From: Acidimicrobiia bacterium
Lineage (GTDB): Bacteria > Actinomycetota > Acidimicrobiia > Spongiisociales > ZC4RG35
NCBI GenBank assembly: GCA_036259475.1
Contig: DATABS010000094.1
Coordinates: 11,801-75,800, forward strand
Reading direction: 5' to 3'
DNA length: 64,000 nucleotides
This document shows, piece by piece, positions 26,682 through 37,236 of this stretch. Under the pieces are notes generated by a model. It had not been told where the DNA came from and ran no database searches. It worked only from the letters and a program-made list of their open reading frames with translations. Positions within the stretch are counted from its first letter, which is position 1; the number at the start of each line of letters is the position of its first letter. Both the position numbers and the translations under genes were made by a program.

Positions 26682-27205
26682 TGGCTTTCAAGTACCTGAC
26701 CGGCACGGTCGTACCCATAGAGGACCGGGCTTGGGCCGAGATGATGCCACTCGAGCATCTTCCCACCTGTTTCGGCTGCGGCTCGGAGAATCCCGACCGG
26801 CTGGGACTCAAGCCCACGGTCGAAGGCGACAAGATCGTCGCCGAGCTGGAATTCGAGCCGCGGTTCGAGGGCGGTCCCGGTCTCGTCCACGGCGGGGCGA
26901 CGGCGGCGTTCTTCGACGACCTCATCGGGTTCGTGGCGATGGCCCACCAGAAACCAGCCGTGACGGGAAACCTCCATGTCGACTACCTCAAGCCGATCCC
27001 GCTCGGCGTGAGCGTGAGGGGCGAGGCCTGGCTGACCGGTGTCCAGGACCGAAAGCTCTACACCGAGGCCGTCGGCTACCTGCCTGACGGGACCCGATGT
27101 GTCGAGGTGCGCGGCCTGTTCATCCAGGTGGATATCGATCATTTCCAGCAGATCGCCGGCCCCGAGGCTCTGAGCCCGTATCAGTCCGACGAGTACTACC
27201 CGTGA
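26681..27205 (+). CDS. PaaI/4HBT-type hotdog thioesterase
   Basis: LVHGGATAAFFDD motif; GTG start sharing 1 nt with the upstream TAG. Confidence 0.6.
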   Translation: MAFKYLTGTVVPIEDRAWAEMMPLEHLPTCFGCGSENPDRLGLKPTVEGDKIVAELEFEPRFEGGPGLVHGGATAAFFDDLIGFVAMAHQKPAVTGNLHVDYLKPIPLGVSVRGEAWLTGVQDRKLYTEAVGYLPDGTRCVEVRGLFIQVDIDHFQQIAGPEALSPYQSDEYYP

Positions 27206-27239
27206 TCCCTCCGGAGAAGGACTCGACGCGGGAAGATCG

Positions 27240-28463
27240 GTGCGAGAGTCGGGGATGATCGGCACCACGCCGTTCCATCCACGAACCGAAGCCGCCAATC
27301 GGACCGGGCTGTGGGGCCACTGGGCCGGTTACCTGGCGGCCGAGAAGTACCAGCTTTCGGAGAAGGCCGAGTACTTCCTGATCCGCAACTCCGCCGGTCT
27401 CTTCGACACGTCACCCCTGTACAAGTACCGCGTCACCGGCGCCGAGGCGGAGCGGTTCCTGGCCGGTGTGCTCACCCGCGACATCCGCCACTGCCACCCT
27501 GGCCACGCCCAGTACACCGTTTGGTGCGACGACGACGGCCATGTGATCGAGGACGGGATCGTCATGCGTCTCGCCGACGACGAGTTCTTCCTGACGTCGG
27601 CCCGTCCCAACCTGGCCTACTTCCGGGGATTGGTCGGACGGCTAGAAGTCGAGGTAACCGACGTCACCGCCGATCAGGCCGCCCTGGCGGTGCAGGGTCC
27701 GCGCTCCCGTCGCCTGCTGACCAAGCTGGGGGACGGAACCGCCGAGCTGGATTACTTCGGGGTCGCCAAGTCCGAGGCGGCCGGTATCTCGGTGACTGAG
27801 TCACGTACCGGGTTCACCGGCGACCTGGGATACGAGATCTGGGCGCCCGCGGACGAAGCTCTCGCCTTGTGGGACGCCGTCACGGAGGCCGCCGAAGGGG
27901 AAGGAGCGGGCCCGGTCGGACAACAGGCGTTGCTGATGGCCCGGATCGAGGCCGGACTGGTCCTAATCGACGTGGACTACCGGTCAGCCAGGTTTGCCTG
28001 GACCCACAACGAGCGATCCACCCCCTCCGAACTGGGACTGGATTGGATGTTGAGGGATCTGGGCGACGATCGGCCATTCGTGGGACGGCGGGCTCTCCAG
28101 CTCGAAGCGGACCGGAACACCACCCGCAGGCGACTGGCCGGACTGATCGTTGACTGGGAGGACTGGGATGCCCGCCATGTCGAAGCCGGGCTGATTCCCG
28201 CCAAGGACCACCGCCCCGTCCACCAGGAGATGATGGTCTACTCCGGGGGCGATCCGGTCGGGTGGGCCTCCAGCTTCATGTACTCGCCGATCCTCCAACG
28301 CCACATTGCGTTGGCGCGAGTCCGCCCGGACCTGGCGGTTCCGGGTAACCGGGTCGGTCTCGAGGTGACGATCGACCACGCGTATCACACCGTTGGGGCC
28401 GTCGTCACCCGACTTCCGTTCTACGCTCCGGCGCACCGGACGGGCCGAGGTGATGTGCCATGA
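27240..28463 (+). CDS. GcvT-family (aminomethyltransferase-like) tetrahydrofolate-binding protein; candidate THF-dependent demethylase
   Basis: glycine-cleavage T-protein fold pattern (FDTSPLYKYRVTG, folate-binding region, C-terminal barrel); 407 aa. Confidence 0.7.
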   Translation: MRESGMIGTTPFHPRTEAANRTGLWGHWAGYLAAEKYQLSEKAEYFLIRNSAGLFDTSPLYKYRVTGAEAERFLAGVLTRDIRHCHPGHAQYTVWCDDDGHVIEDGIVMRLADDEFFLTSARPNLAYFRGLVGRLEVEVTDVTADQAALAVQGPRSRRLLTKLGDGTAELDYFGVAKSEAAGISVTESRTGFTGDLGYEIWAPADEALALWDAVTEAAEGEGAGPVGQQALLMARIEAGLVLIDVDYRSARFAWTHNERSTPSELGLDWMLRDLGDDRPFVGRRALQLEADRNTTRRRLAGLIVDWEDWDARHVEAGLIPAKDHRPVHQEMMVYSGGDPVGWASSFMYSPILQRHIALARVRPDLAVPGNRVGLEVTIDHAYHTVGAVVTRLPFYAPAHRTGRGDVP

Positions 28464-30055
28464 CCGACACCAATCGATACGACGCCATCGTGGTGGGGGG
28501 CGGCCACAACGGCCTGATCAACGGCGCCTACCTCGCCCGGGCCGGATTGCGCACACTGATTCTCGAGCGGCGGCATCTCGTCGGCGGGGCGGCGATCACC
28601 GAGGAGTTGTATCCCGGGTTCCACTTCACGACCTTCTCCTATGCCCTCAGCCTCCTCCGCCCCCAGATCATCCATGAGCTCGAGCTCACCAAGCACGGCT
28701 TCATGCCACTCCTCATGCCGACCAGTTTCGCTCCGTCCGAGACCGGCGACTACCTGCTGCTGGGCCAGGACGAGGGACACAACATGCGGGAGATCGCCCG
28801 TCACTCGCCAGCCGACGTCGACGCCTACAAGCAGTACAAGCACGACCTGGCCGCGGTGTGCCGGGCAGTTAAGCCGTTGCTCGACGAAATTCCCCCCGAT
28901 CCGTTCTCCGACGACCCCGGGGAACGAGTGAGGATGGCGGAGTTGGCCGGCCGCTTTCGCACCCTCGACAAGCGGACCTTTCACAATGCGGTGCGACTCC
29001 TCACCGGCAGCGCCGCCGACTTCCTCGATCACTACTTCGAGAGTGACCTCATCAAGGGATACCTGGCCAGCTCCGGCACAATCGGCAGCAAAGTCGGTCC
29101 CCGTTCTCAGGGCTCCGGCCTGGTCCTGCTCTATCACGTCATCGGTGAGCACGACGGTTCGTTCGGGTCCTGGGCGTTCCACAAGGGCGGAAATGGCGGC
29201 TTCGCCGAAGTGCTGGCCCGGGCGGCTCGGGCCTACGGGGCTGAGATCCGGCTAGAGTCTCCTGTCTCGACGGTGGTCACCGAGCAGGGTCGGGCGACCG
29301 GGGTCGCCCTGACCGACGGCACGGAGTTCGCCGCCGATCTCGTCGTGTCCGCTCTCGATCCCCGCCGGACCCTCCTCGAGTTGGTGGATCCGCGGCTACT
29401 ACCCGCCGATCTCGTGGAAGACATCCACCGCCTTCGTTTCGAAGGCGTCTCCTCGAAGGTCAACTTCGCACTGGCCGGCCTGCCGTCGTTTCCTGCGCTG
29501 GGACAGGGCGGCGATCACCTGCGCGGTTTCACCAACATCGGGCCATCGATGGATTACCTCGAGCGGGCCTTCGATGAGGGCAAGTACGGCTGGTACTCGT
29601 CACGACCCTACATAGACGCCGCTGTCCAGTCGACCATCGATCCCGACATGGCGCCGCCCGGCAAGCATGTGATGTCATGTTTCGTCCAGTACACGCCCTA
29701 TCACCTGAGAGAAAGCGACTGGGACACCGAGAGCGACAACCTGGGCGACCTCGTGGAGGCGACCCTGGAGCGCTTCTTCCCCGGCTTCGGCGATCTGGTG
29801 CTGCACCGGGAAGTGGTGACGCCGCTCGACATCGAACGCGTGGTGGGTCTCACCGAAGGCAACATCTTCGCCGGGGAGTTGCTTGCTCCGCAGATGTTCT
29901 TCTTCCGGCCGGCTCCGGGATGGAGCCAGTACAGGACGCCGATCGACGGCTACTACCAATGCGGCTCGGGCACCCATCCGGGCGGCTGCGTCATGGGGGC
30001 CCCCGGACGGCTCGCCGCACGCCAGATCCTCGACGACAGGGCGCGGAGCGCCTAA
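28460..30055 (+). CDS. NAD(P)/FAD-dependent oxidoreductase (phytoene desaturase/amine-oxidase-like)
   Basis: N-terminal YDAIVVGGGHNGLINGAYLARAGLRTLILERR dinucleotide-binding motif; ATGA overlap with the GcvT-family gene. Confidence 0.75.
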   Translation: MTDTNRYDAIVVGGGHNGLINGAYLARAGLRTLILERRHLVGGAAITEELYPGFHFTTFSYALSLLRPQIIHELELTKHGFMPLLMPTSFAPSETGDYLLLGQDEGHNMREIARHSPADVDAYKQYKHDLAAVCRAVKPLLDEIPPDPFSDDPGERVRMAELAGRFRTLDKRTFHNAVRLLTGSAADFLDHYFESDLIKGYLASSGTIGSKVGPRSQGSGLVLLYHVIGEHDGSFGSWAFHKGGNGGFAEVLARAARAYGAEIRLESPVSTVVTEQGRATGVALTDGTEFAADLVVSALDPRRTLLELVDPRLLPADLVEDIHRLRFEGVSSKVNFALAGLPSFPALGQGGDHLRGFTNIGPSMDYLERAFDEGKYGWYSSRPYIDAAVQSTIDPDMAPPGKHVMSCFVQYTPYHLRESDWDTESDNLGDLVEATLERFFPGFGDLVLHREVVTPLDIERVVGLTEGNIFAGELLAPQMFFFRPAPGWSQYRTPIDGYYQCGSGTHPGGCVMGAPGRLAARQILDDRARSA

Positions 30056-30058
30056 GCC

Positions 30059-31747
30059 CTACCAGTACTTCTCGGTGTGGACGTTGCCGACGTGGCCGTG
30101 CCGGTCGAGGTCGAAGCCCCTCTCGTGGAGTAGCTGGCAGGCGCCGGTCGGCTCGGGGAAAGTCGGGACGTCGTCGTTCCAGTGGGGGATGCCGATCATG
30201 GCGGGGTTGCCGCATAGGAAGACGTGCGATGTCTCCGGGTCGAGAGCCACGCCGAACTCCTCGCGCATCAGGTCACGGGTGATCACGTCCTGGACGTACA
30301 ACTTCTCCACGTCCGGTTCGCGAGTGACGATCGGGAGATAGTGATAGTTGGTGAAGCGGCTCGCCAGCTCTCGGTGGACGTCGAGGTATGCGAGGTCGGC
30401 CCGATAGCGGACACAGACGACCGAAACAATGGGCCCGTGGTGGCCTCGGCGCAGGAGGTCGGTGACCATGGCGTTGTGGGGAGCCTCGCCGGTGCCCGTG
30501 GCGAAGAAAACGGCCGTGGCGTCGGGCCGCCGGAGTGGAGCCAGCGTGTAGCGGCCGACGATCCTGGGACCCACGTAGATCCGATCACCCGGATTGGTCA
30601 GCGCCAGGCGGGGGGTGAGGCCCGGCACATGGTCTCCGCTGGCCGGGACGAGGACGACATAGAACTCGAGGGTTCCGGCCCGGGTCGGGTCGAACAGGTA
30701 GCCGTCTTCGTCGAAAACCGGGCTCGATATCGAATACGAGCGACGGACTAGATTCTCCCATTTCCGCTCGAGATCAGGATCGCGGGCCCCATCGGCCCTC
30801 GGTTCCCAATAGCCCAGCCCGAGAGAGGCGTACTGACCGGGATGAAAAGAGACGTCTCCCTGGTCCGGTTGGACCCGCACCACCCACAGATCCGAGTGGG
30901 TACGTTCGAAATGGGTGATGGTGGCGTTGTAGTGGCGACGCCGCAGCTCGGCGACCTTCTCGTCGGCGCCGACATGGGGGACAGGTGGCACGCCGTCGGC
31001 GGTCAGATGAGAGAAAGCATCCGATCGAATGCGATCCCAGGCACGGCCGGGCGCCAGGTCGGCGTCACCCACTTGCCACACCGGTCCCTGGACGGCGTCC
31101 CCACCGGCAGGCTCTGAGTCGTCGACGAGGACGACGTCGTCGAACACCAGGTCGGGCGTCCCCACGTCGTCGAAAGCCACGAGCGGCTCACCTTCGATGT
31201 CGGTGATCGTGGTCGGTCGGGAGTGCCACAGGATGGTGAGGCGTCGCTCGGCCTCCCGGAGGAGCAGCGCGCTACGGGTCAATCGGGATAGGTCGGAAGG
31301 GCTGCGGTTGCCGCGGGCGAGAACCACGCCGGCTCCGGCTTGGGACAGCTCGAGAGCGACCTCCGCCGCCTTCTCCGAACCTCCGGCGACCAGGATCTGA
31401 CGACCCCAGGTCTTGGTCGGGGGCTCGCGGTGCACCCGGCTCTGGAGAGAGCGGGGGACGCTGATCGCCGGCCCCTCGAGGGGTGAGCCACCCTCCACGA
31501 GGGCGACGGCTCCCGCCGCGGTCACTGTCCCGTCGACCTCCACCGTGACCCCATCATCCGACGGAGTCATCTCTCCGATCGGACCTCGCCATACCATCAG
31601 ATCGGGATGCGAGTCGGGTGGAACGGTGACAGGACCAGGTCGCGTCTCGACGAGCGCCACCGACTCGAGGCCGGCGTCGCGGGCTTCCATCGCCAGCGAG
31701 ATCGCGGCCCGGGAACTTCCCACTACCACCAGATCGACGCGTTCCAT
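30059..31747 (-). CDS. fusion of an NAD(P)-binding Rossmann oxidoreductase domain with ferredoxin-NADP+ reductase (FNR) domain
   Basis: N-terminal VDLVVVGSSRAAISLAMEARDAG; C-terminal FNR motifs RSYSISS (RxYS) and GTGEAPHNAM. Confidence 0.65.
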   Translation of the reverse strand: MERVDLVVVGSSRAAISLAMEARDAGLESVALVETRPGPVTVPPDSHPDLMVWRGPIGEMTPSDDGVTVEVDGTVTAAGAVALVEGGSPLEGPAISVPRSLQSRVHREPPTKTWGRQILVAGGSEKAAEVALELSQAGAGVVLARGNRSPSDLSRLTRSALLLREAERRLTILWHSRPTTITDIEGEPLVAFDDVGTPDLVFDDVVLVDDSEPAGGDAVQGPVWQVGDADLAPGRAWDRIRSDAFSHLTADGVPPVPHVGADEKVAELRRRHYNATITHFERTHSDLWVVRVQPDQGDVSFHPGQYASLGLGYWEPRADGARDPDLERKWENLVRRSYSISSPVFDEDGYLFDPTRAGTLEFYVVLVPASGDHVPGLTPRLALTNPGDRIYVGPRIVGRYTLAPLRRPDATAVFFATGTGEAPHNAMVTDLLRRGHHGPIVSVVCVRYRADLAYLDVHRELASRFTNYHYLPIVTREPDVEKLYVQDVITRDLMREEFGVALDPETSHVFLCGNPAMIGIPHWNDDVPTFPEPTGACQLLHERGFDLDRHGHVGNVHTEKYW

Positions 31748-31827
31748 CTCCGGAGATTCTGGCAGGGGCGGGGTAGCCGGGCGGCAACGCGCTCGCTAAG
31801 TTCCGAGCCGCATCTACAGGAGGACCA

Positions 31828-33591
31828 ATGGGCTCGCCCATCGCCGCCGACATCGACATCGCCCGCGCCGCCCGATTGCAGCCGCTGGGGGACATCGCCG
31901 AGCGAATCGGCCTTCTCCCTGACGAGCTGATTCCGTACGGCCCCAGCAAGGCCAAGGTCCATCTGGATGCGCTCAAGCGGCTCGCCTCGCGGCCGCGGGG
32001 CAAGTACGTCGACGTGACGGCCATCACCCCCACACCGTTGGGAGAGGGCAAGTCGACCACGACCGTAGGCCTGACCCAGGGCTTCGGCAGGATCGGCAAG
32101 GAAGCCATCGCCTGCATCCGTCAGCCCTCGATGGGCCCTACCTTTGGCATCAAGGGCGGGGCGGCCGGGGGTGGTTACAGCCAGGTCGTGCCGATGGACG
32201 AGTTCAATCTCCACCTCACAGGTGATATCCACGCCATCACCGCCGCCCACAATCTGGTGGCAGCCGCAATCGACGCTCGCTGGTATCACGAGACCCGCCT
32301 GGCGGATGAGCAGCTGACCGAGGTCGGTCTCGAGCGACTCGGGATCGACGTGTTCAATCTCCAGTGGAACCGAGTGGTCGACATCAACGACCGGGCCCTG
32401 CGCAACATCGTGGTGGGGCTGGGTGGCAAGGCAGACGGACGTCCACGGGAAACCGGATTCGACATCGCCGTCGCTTCCGAGCTGATGGCGATCCTCGCCC
32501 TGGTCGACGGTGACTCCTACGCCTCGGCTCTCCGCAACCTCCGGGAAAGGGTCGGGCGGGTCGTCTTCGGTACGTCGAAGGACGGCGACCCCCTGACGCT
32601 CGAAGACCTTGGGGTGGCAGGGGCGGTAGCCGTGCTGATGAAGGACACACTCCACCCCAATCTCATGCAGACGCTGGAAGGACAGGCAGCCTTCGTCCAT
32701 GCCGGGCCCTTCGGCAACATCGCCCACGGCAACTCATCCATCCTCGCCGACCGCATGGCTCTCCACCTGGGGGAGTACGTCGTGACCGAGTCGGGTTTCG
32801 GCGCCGACATGGGGATGGAGAAGTTCATGGACATCAAGTGCCGTACTTCGGGTCTCAAGCCCGACTGTGTGGTGCTCGTAGCCACGGTCCGGGCACTGAA
32901 GACCCACGGCGGAGGGCCGAAGGTGGTTCTGGGGCGACCGCTCGACAAGGCATACACCGAGGAGAACCTGTCGCTGCTGCAAGCCGGCATGCCCAACCTC
33001 GAGGCACACATCCGCAACGCCCAGCGCTTCGGAGTCCCGGTCGTGGTAGCTATCAACTCGTTCCCGACCGACACGTGGGCCGAGATCGATTTGATCAAAC
33101 AGAAGGCGCTCGAGGCCGGCGCCCTCGATGCCGTGATGGCCGACCACTGGGCCAGGGGAGGAGAAGGAGCGTCTGCCCTGGCAGAGGCCGTTGTGAAGGC
33201 ATGCGAGGAACCGAGCAACTTCTCCTACCTCTATCCCCTCAACATGGCCATCAAGGAGAAGATCGAGACCATCTGTCGCGAGGTCTACCGGGCCGACGGA
33301 GTCGAGTACTCACCGGCCGCAGAGCGCCAGATCGCCGGCTTCGAGAAGGCCGGCTTCGGATACCTGCCCATCTGCATGGCCAAGACCCACCTCTCGATCT
33401 CCCACGACCCGGCCCTCAAAGGAGCTCCGAGCGGTTTCACCGTCCCGGTGCGCGAGGTGCGGGCGTCGGTCGGCGCCGGCTTCATCTACCCGATCCTGGG
33501 TGAGATGAGGACGATGCCGGGCCTCGGGACCACCCCCTCATTCATGAAAGTCGATATCGACGAAGACGGAAACGTCGTCGGGCTCTTCTGA
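31828..33591 (+). CDS. fhs: formate--tetrahydrofolate ligase
   Basis: 587 aa; [17 protein letters not shown]-loop region and overall FTHFS pattern. Confidence 0.9.
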   Translation: MGSPIAADIDIARAARLQPLGDIAERIGLLPDELIPYGPSKAKVHLDALKRLASRPRGKYVDVTAITPTPLGEGKSTTTVGLTQGFGRIGKEAIACIRQPSMGPTFGIKGGAAGGGYSQVVPMDEFNLHLTGDIHAITAAHNLVAAAIDARWYHETRLADEQLTEVGLERLGIDVFNLQWNRVVDINDRALRNIVVGLGGKADGRPRETGFDIAVASELMAILALVDGDSYASALRNLRERVGRVVFGTSKDGDPLTLEDLGVAGAVAVLMKDTLHPNLMQTLEGQAAFVHAGPFGNIAHGNSSILADRMALHLGEYVVTESGFGADMGMEKFMDIKCRTSGLKPDCVVLVATVRALKTHGGGPKVVLGRPLDKAYTEENLSLLQAGMPNLEAHIRNAQRFGVPVVVAINSFPTDTWAEIDLIKQKALEAGALDAVMADHWARGGEGASALAEAVVKACEEPSNFSYLYPLNMAIKEKIETICREVYRADGVEYSPAAERQIAGFEKAGFGYLPICMAKTHLSISHDPALKGAPSGFTVPVREVRASVGAGFIYPILGEMRTMPGLGTTPSFMKVDIDEDGNVVGLF

Positions 33592-33650
33592 GTCGGAAGT
33601 CCGAAAGCCCGGGGGCGGGTGCCTGACCCACCCCGCCTACTCTTCGCTCA

Positions 33651-34418
33651 ATGAAGATCGTTCGATTCAAGGCCGGTGACGACATCGCCTACGGGCTGGC
33701 AGAGGCGGACGGGGTCACCCTCTACCAGGGAACGCCCTTTGTAGCCTGGGAGCCGACGGAAACGCTCATCCCCTGGGAGTCGGTACAGCTGCTGGCCCCG
33801 GTCTTGCCCTCCAAGGTGGTGGCGGTGGGCAAGAACTACGCCGACCATGCCGAGGAGATGGAGTCGGATATCCCCGAGGAGCCGATCATCTTCCTCAAGC
33901 CGGCCACCGCCGTCGTGGGCCCCAACGTTCACGTCGTCAAGCCGTCCGAGAGCGACGCGGTCCATCATGAGGCCGAACTGGCCGTAGTCATGGGCCGGGT
34001 GGCACGGCGAGTCCGGGCGGAGGACGCCTCCCAGTACGTCTTCGGGTACACCGCCGCCAACGACGTCACCGCCCGCGATCTCCAGCGGAAGGACGGCCAG
34101 TGGACCAGGGCCAAGGGCTTCGACACCTTCTGCCCGCTCGGGCCGGCCATCGAAACAGAACTCGACCCGCTCGAGCGGCTGGCGGTCATCGCCCGGGTGA
34201 ACGGTGAGGTGCGCCAGGCCGGATTCACCGTAGACATGGTCTTCGGCGTCGCCGAGCTCCTCGAGTTCATCACCCGGGTCATGACGCTCCTCCCGGGCGA
34301 CGTCGTGCTCACCGGTACGCCCTCCGGCGTGGGGCCGGTGGAGGTCGGCGATCTCATGGAGATCGAAGTCGACGGGATCGGTGTGTTGGCCAACCGGCTG
34401 GTGGCAGGCGGACAATGA
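33651..34418 (+). CDS. fumarylacetoacetate hydrolase (FAH) family protein
   Basis: FAH-fold motifs ([38 protein letters not shown]). Confidence 0.8.
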   Translation: MKIVRFKAGDDIAYGLAEADGVTLYQGTPFVAWEPTETLIPWESVQLLAPVLPSKVVAVGKNYADHAEEMESDIPEEPIIFLKPATAVVGPNVHVVKPSESDAVHHEAELAVVMGRVARRVRAEDASQYVFGYTAANDVTARDLQRKDGQWTRAKGFDTFCPLGPAIETELDPLERLAVIARVNGEVRQAGFTVDMVFGVAELLEFITRVMTLLPGDVVLTGTPSGVGPVEVGDLMEIEVDGIGVLANRLVAGGQ

Positions 34419-35824
34419 CGGTCCGAGTCAGAGTGGCTCCCTCGCCGACCGGCAACCTCCACGTCGGAACTGCTCGGGCCGCCCTGTACAACTGGCTTTA
34501 CGCCCGTCACACCGGCGGCACGTTCATCGTTCGTGTCGATGACACAGACGTCGCCCGCTCGACTCCTGAGTTCGAGTCCAACATCCTCGCCAGCCTCCGC
34601 TGGCTCGGCCTCGACTGGGACGAGGGGGTGGAGATAGGAGGCTCCCACGGCGACTATCGGCAATCGTCGCGCTTCGACCGGTACCGCCAGGTCGCCCACC
34701 AACTGGTTGCGGAAGGCGCTGCCTATTTCGACGACCGTTCATCCGACGAGCTCGACATCTTGCGCACTCGAGCGCAGCAGGAAGGCAAGCATCCGGGCCA
34801 CTACATCCGCCCTCCGGACGAGCCGAGGTCGGAGGGGGTCATCCGATTCGCCGCGAACCAGGCGGTGGAGTTCCAGGATCTCATCCGCGGCGACATGCGC
34901 TTCGACGGCGATTCGATCGACGACTTCGTGATTCTTCGTAGCGACGGCACACCCACCTACCACCTGGCATCCACTGTCGACGACGTCGACTACGGCATCA
35001 CCCACGTGGCCCGGGGCGAGGACCTTCTGTCGTCGACGCCCAAGCACATTCTGATCACGCGGGCAATGAGTGTAGAACCGCCGGTCTACGCCCACCTGCC
35101 ACTCCTGTTCGGCGCCGACGGCAAGAAGCTGTCGAAGCGCCACGGTGCCACCGCGGTGGACGAGTTCCGCCAGATGGGGTTTCTGCCCGACGCCATGGTC
35201 AATTACCTGGCACTCCTGGGATGGTCGCCCGGTGACGACCTGACCGTCTTCGACCGTCAACTGGCAGTCGACCGTTTCGACCTCTCAGATGTTCAGAAGA
35301 ACCCGGCAGTGTTCGATCTCGACAAGCTGACCTGGCTCAACGGCGAGTACATCCGGGCGATGGATCCGGCCGAATTCGCCGCTGAGGTCCGTCCACTGGT
35401 CGAGGACGCCGTCGGTTCGCTCACCGACGAGAAGTGGGCCGCCTTCGAAGCGCTGGCTCCACTCGTCCAGGAGCGGACCAAGCTCCTTCCCGAAGCAGCC
35501 GACCAGGCGCGGTTCCTCTACGTCGATGACCTGGAATACGACGAACAGTCCTGGAACAAGGTGATGGACAGGGAAGGCGTGTCAGAGGTCCTCGACGCAT
35601 CGCTCGCTGCCCTGACCGCGCTGGACGAGTGGGACACCGAATCGATCGAAGCCACGCTACGCCGGCTTCCAGACCGTCTCGAGCGAGGCGCGGGCAAAGT
35701 GTTCCAGCCGATCAGGGTGGCGGTGACCGGCTCGTCGGTCAGCCCGCCGCTGTTCGAGTCGGTCGCCGCCCTGGGACGCAACCCGTCGCTGGAGCGACTC
35801 CGGGAGGCTCGCCGTCGCCTCTAG
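34415..35824 (+). CDS. gltX: glutamate--tRNA ligase
   Basis: class I HIGH-like ([10 protein letters not shown]) and KMSKS (KLSKRHG) motifs; ATGA overlap with the FAH gene. Confidence 0.9.
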   Translation: MTVRVRVAPSPTGNLHVGTARAALYNWLYARHTGGTFIVRVDDTDVARSTPEFESNILASLRWLGLDWDEGVEIGGSHGDYRQSSRFDRYRQVAHQLVAEGAAYFDDRSSDELDILRTRAQQEGKHPGHYIRPPDEPRSEGVIRFAANQAVEFQDLIRGDMRFDGDSIDDFVILRSDGTPTYHLASTVDDVDYGITHVARGEDLLSSTPKHILITRAMSVEPPVYAHLPLLFGADGKKLSKRHGATAVDEFRQMGFLPDAMVNYLALLGWSPGDDLTVFDRQLAVDRFDLSDVQKNPAVFDLDKLTWLNGEYIRAMDPAEFAAEVRPLVEDAVGSLTDEKWAAFEALAPLVQERTKLLPEAADQARFLYVDDLEYDEQSWNKVMDREGVSEVLDASLAALTALDEWDTESIEATLRRLPDRLERGAGKVFQPIRVAVTGSSVSPPLFESVAALGRNPSLERLREARRRL

Positions 35825-35830
35825 GCGCCA

Positions 35831-35859
35831 TTGGTGAACCCGACCGGGTGGGATACCAT
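35831..35859 (+). promoter_or_regulatory. candidate promoter for tRNA-Glu(UUC) (TTGGTG-17-TACCAT)
   Basis: hexamers read from sequence about 12 nt upstream of the tRNA 5' end. Confidence 0.3.
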
Positions 35860-35870
35860 TCGCAAGGCAC

Positions 35871-35943
35871 GGCCCCGTCGTCCAGCGGTCTAGGACGCCG
35901 GCCTTTCAAGCCGGTAACGCGGGTTCGAATCCCGTCGGGGCTA
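35871..35943 (+). tRNA. tRNA-Glu (anticodon UUC)
   Basis: acceptor GGCCCCG/CGGGGCT, anticodon stem CCGGC/GCCGG with loop CTTTCAA, T-loop TTCGAAT; CCA not encoded. Confidence 0.8.
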
Positions 35944-36124
35944 CACCAATACAGCGTGTCGGGACGCCGGGCTCCATTCATGGCCGGTAACGCGGGTTTC
36001 GAATCCCGTCGGGGCTACACCAACCCTTCGTGTCGGGACGCCGGGCTCCATTCGTGGCCGGTAACGCGGGTTCGAATCCCGTCGGGGCTACCCCAACCTT
36101 TCGTATCTTGTCGGGGGCTACCCC
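35944..36124 (+). repeat. tandem array of 2.5 degenerate tRNA-Glu-derived copies (about 73-nt period), pseudo-tRNAs lacking the 5' acceptor strand
   Basis: copies at 35944-36017, 36018-36090 and partial 36091-36124 share the 3' half GGCCGGTAACGCGGGTT(T)CGAATCCCGTCGGGGCTAC with the tRNA but have a rearranged 5' half GTGTCGGGACGCCGGGCTCCATTC(A/G)T. Confidence 0.6.
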
Positions 36125-36193
36125 TCCGAATGTCCCAAGGCGGATTCGATATCCGAATCGAGGCAGGCCGGTGATGGCGGGGTCCATCTCGTT

Positions 36194-36448
36194 TTGAGCG
36201 GCGAGCTCGGCCTGTCCTCAGTCGATCGGTTGCAGTCGGTGATTCTCAACCATCTCGACGGTGCGGTCTTGGTGATCGACACGACGGACTTGGCCTTCCT
36301 CGACTCCACCGGCCTCGGAATACTCGTCTCTGTTGGCAAGCAACTCGGACCGGACCGGTTCCAGCTGATCCCCGGCGATGCGACCCTGCGAATCCTCGAG
36401 CTGTCTGGCACCAAGGACTATCTTCTTGACTCTGCCGATCACGAGTAA
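36194..36448 (+). CDS. STAS-domain anti-sigma-factor antagonist (SpoIIAA-like), apparently N-terminally truncated
   Basis: LDSTGLGILV STAS core; the in-frame sequence upstream back to 36065 encodes the expected first beta-strand (GVHLVLSGELGL) but contains no ATG/GTG/TTG; first possible start is TTG at 36194. Confidence 0.45.
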   Translation: MSGELGLSSVDRLQSVILNHLDGAVLVIDTTDLAFLDSTGLGILVSVGKQLGPDRFQLIPGDATLRILELSGTKDYLLDSADHE

Positions 36449-36469
36449 CGGTCGAATGTAGACCTGGGC

Positions 36470-37189
36470 CTAGGAGGCGGCGATCCGCAGCCGTTCCAGG
36501 CCGTCGAGAATCAAGTCCAGCCCGAACTCGAACTCCGACTGGTCGTCGCACCAGCCCAGCGTCGCATCGGGATCGTCGTGGGCTATCTCGGCCAACATGC
36601 CCGTGAGGTTGGGAAATTGGCCTGCCATTTGCTCGAGCATCGCCGCCGTGTCGTCGTCCTCCTCGTCTCCATCCCCGCTGCTGTTGGCAGGAACGAAGAG
36701 CTCCTGGGTGAACCCGAGGGCGCGGCTTCCGAGGGCGTGCATACCGTGATGAGCCAGGTCGTAGGAGAAACCACCCTGGCGGAGCAATCCCAGTACAGAG
36801 TCGATGTACGCCATGATCGCCGGGCTGACACTGGTGCGCGATTCGATCACACCGGGTGCCCATGGGTGCCGCAGCAAAACGGCGCGGGCGGTCAGAATCC
36901 TTTGTCTGACAGCATCCTTCCATCCCCCGCTGGGCTGCCTGGCTTCGACTTTCTCCGCCTCGGCGATGATTTCTTCGACTACGACGTCCACGACGCCATC
37001 GAGAATCTCCTCCTTGTTGGCGATGTGGTAGTAGAGCGACATCGCCTCCACGCCGAGCTCGTGGGCCAGCTTGCGCATCGTGAGTGCCTCGACTCCGTCC
37101 CGATCAGCCAGTCTGACGGCGGCCTGGAGAACTCGCTCCTTGCTGAGCGGAGTCCGGGCGGGGGGGCGGTCTTCGGATCGAGCGGCCAT
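36470..37189 (-). CDS. TetR/AcrR family transcriptional regulator
   Basis: N-terminal HTH (LTMRKLAHELGVEAMSLYYHIANKEEIL), about 240 aa. Confidence 0.8.
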   Translation of the reverse strand: MAARSEDRPPARTPLSKERVLQAAVRLADRDGVEALTMRKLAHELGVEAMSLYYHIANKEEILDGVVDVVVEEIIAEAEKVEARQPSGGWKDAVRQRILTARAVLLRHPWAPGVIESRTSVSPAIMAYIDSVLGLLRQGGFSYDLAHHGMHALGSRALGFTQELFVPANSSGDGDEEDDDTAAMLEQMAGQFPNLTGMLAEIAHDDPDATLGWCDDQSEFEFGLDLILDGLERLRIAAS

Positions 37190-37236
37190 ATCACGTGCTT
37201 CGTCGGCGTCGACGGTCAGTCTACCGGGGCAGGTTG

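Noticed and set aside
30059-31747. FNR-containing fusion protein as the missing BoxA reductase
   Set aside because: BoxA has an N-terminal two-[4Fe-4S] ferredoxin domain (Cys clusters) which is absent here. The N-terminus is instead a Rossmann-type oxidoreductase, the gene is 18 kb from boxBC and on the opposite strand.
35944-36124. Tandem 73-nt repeats as a CRISPR array or extra functional tRNAs
   Set aside because: The units are contiguous with no spacers and are derived from tRNA-Glu, with 3' halves identical to the tRNA, and there are no cas genes. They lack a 5' acceptor strand complementary to CGGGGCT, so they cannot fold as tRNAs.
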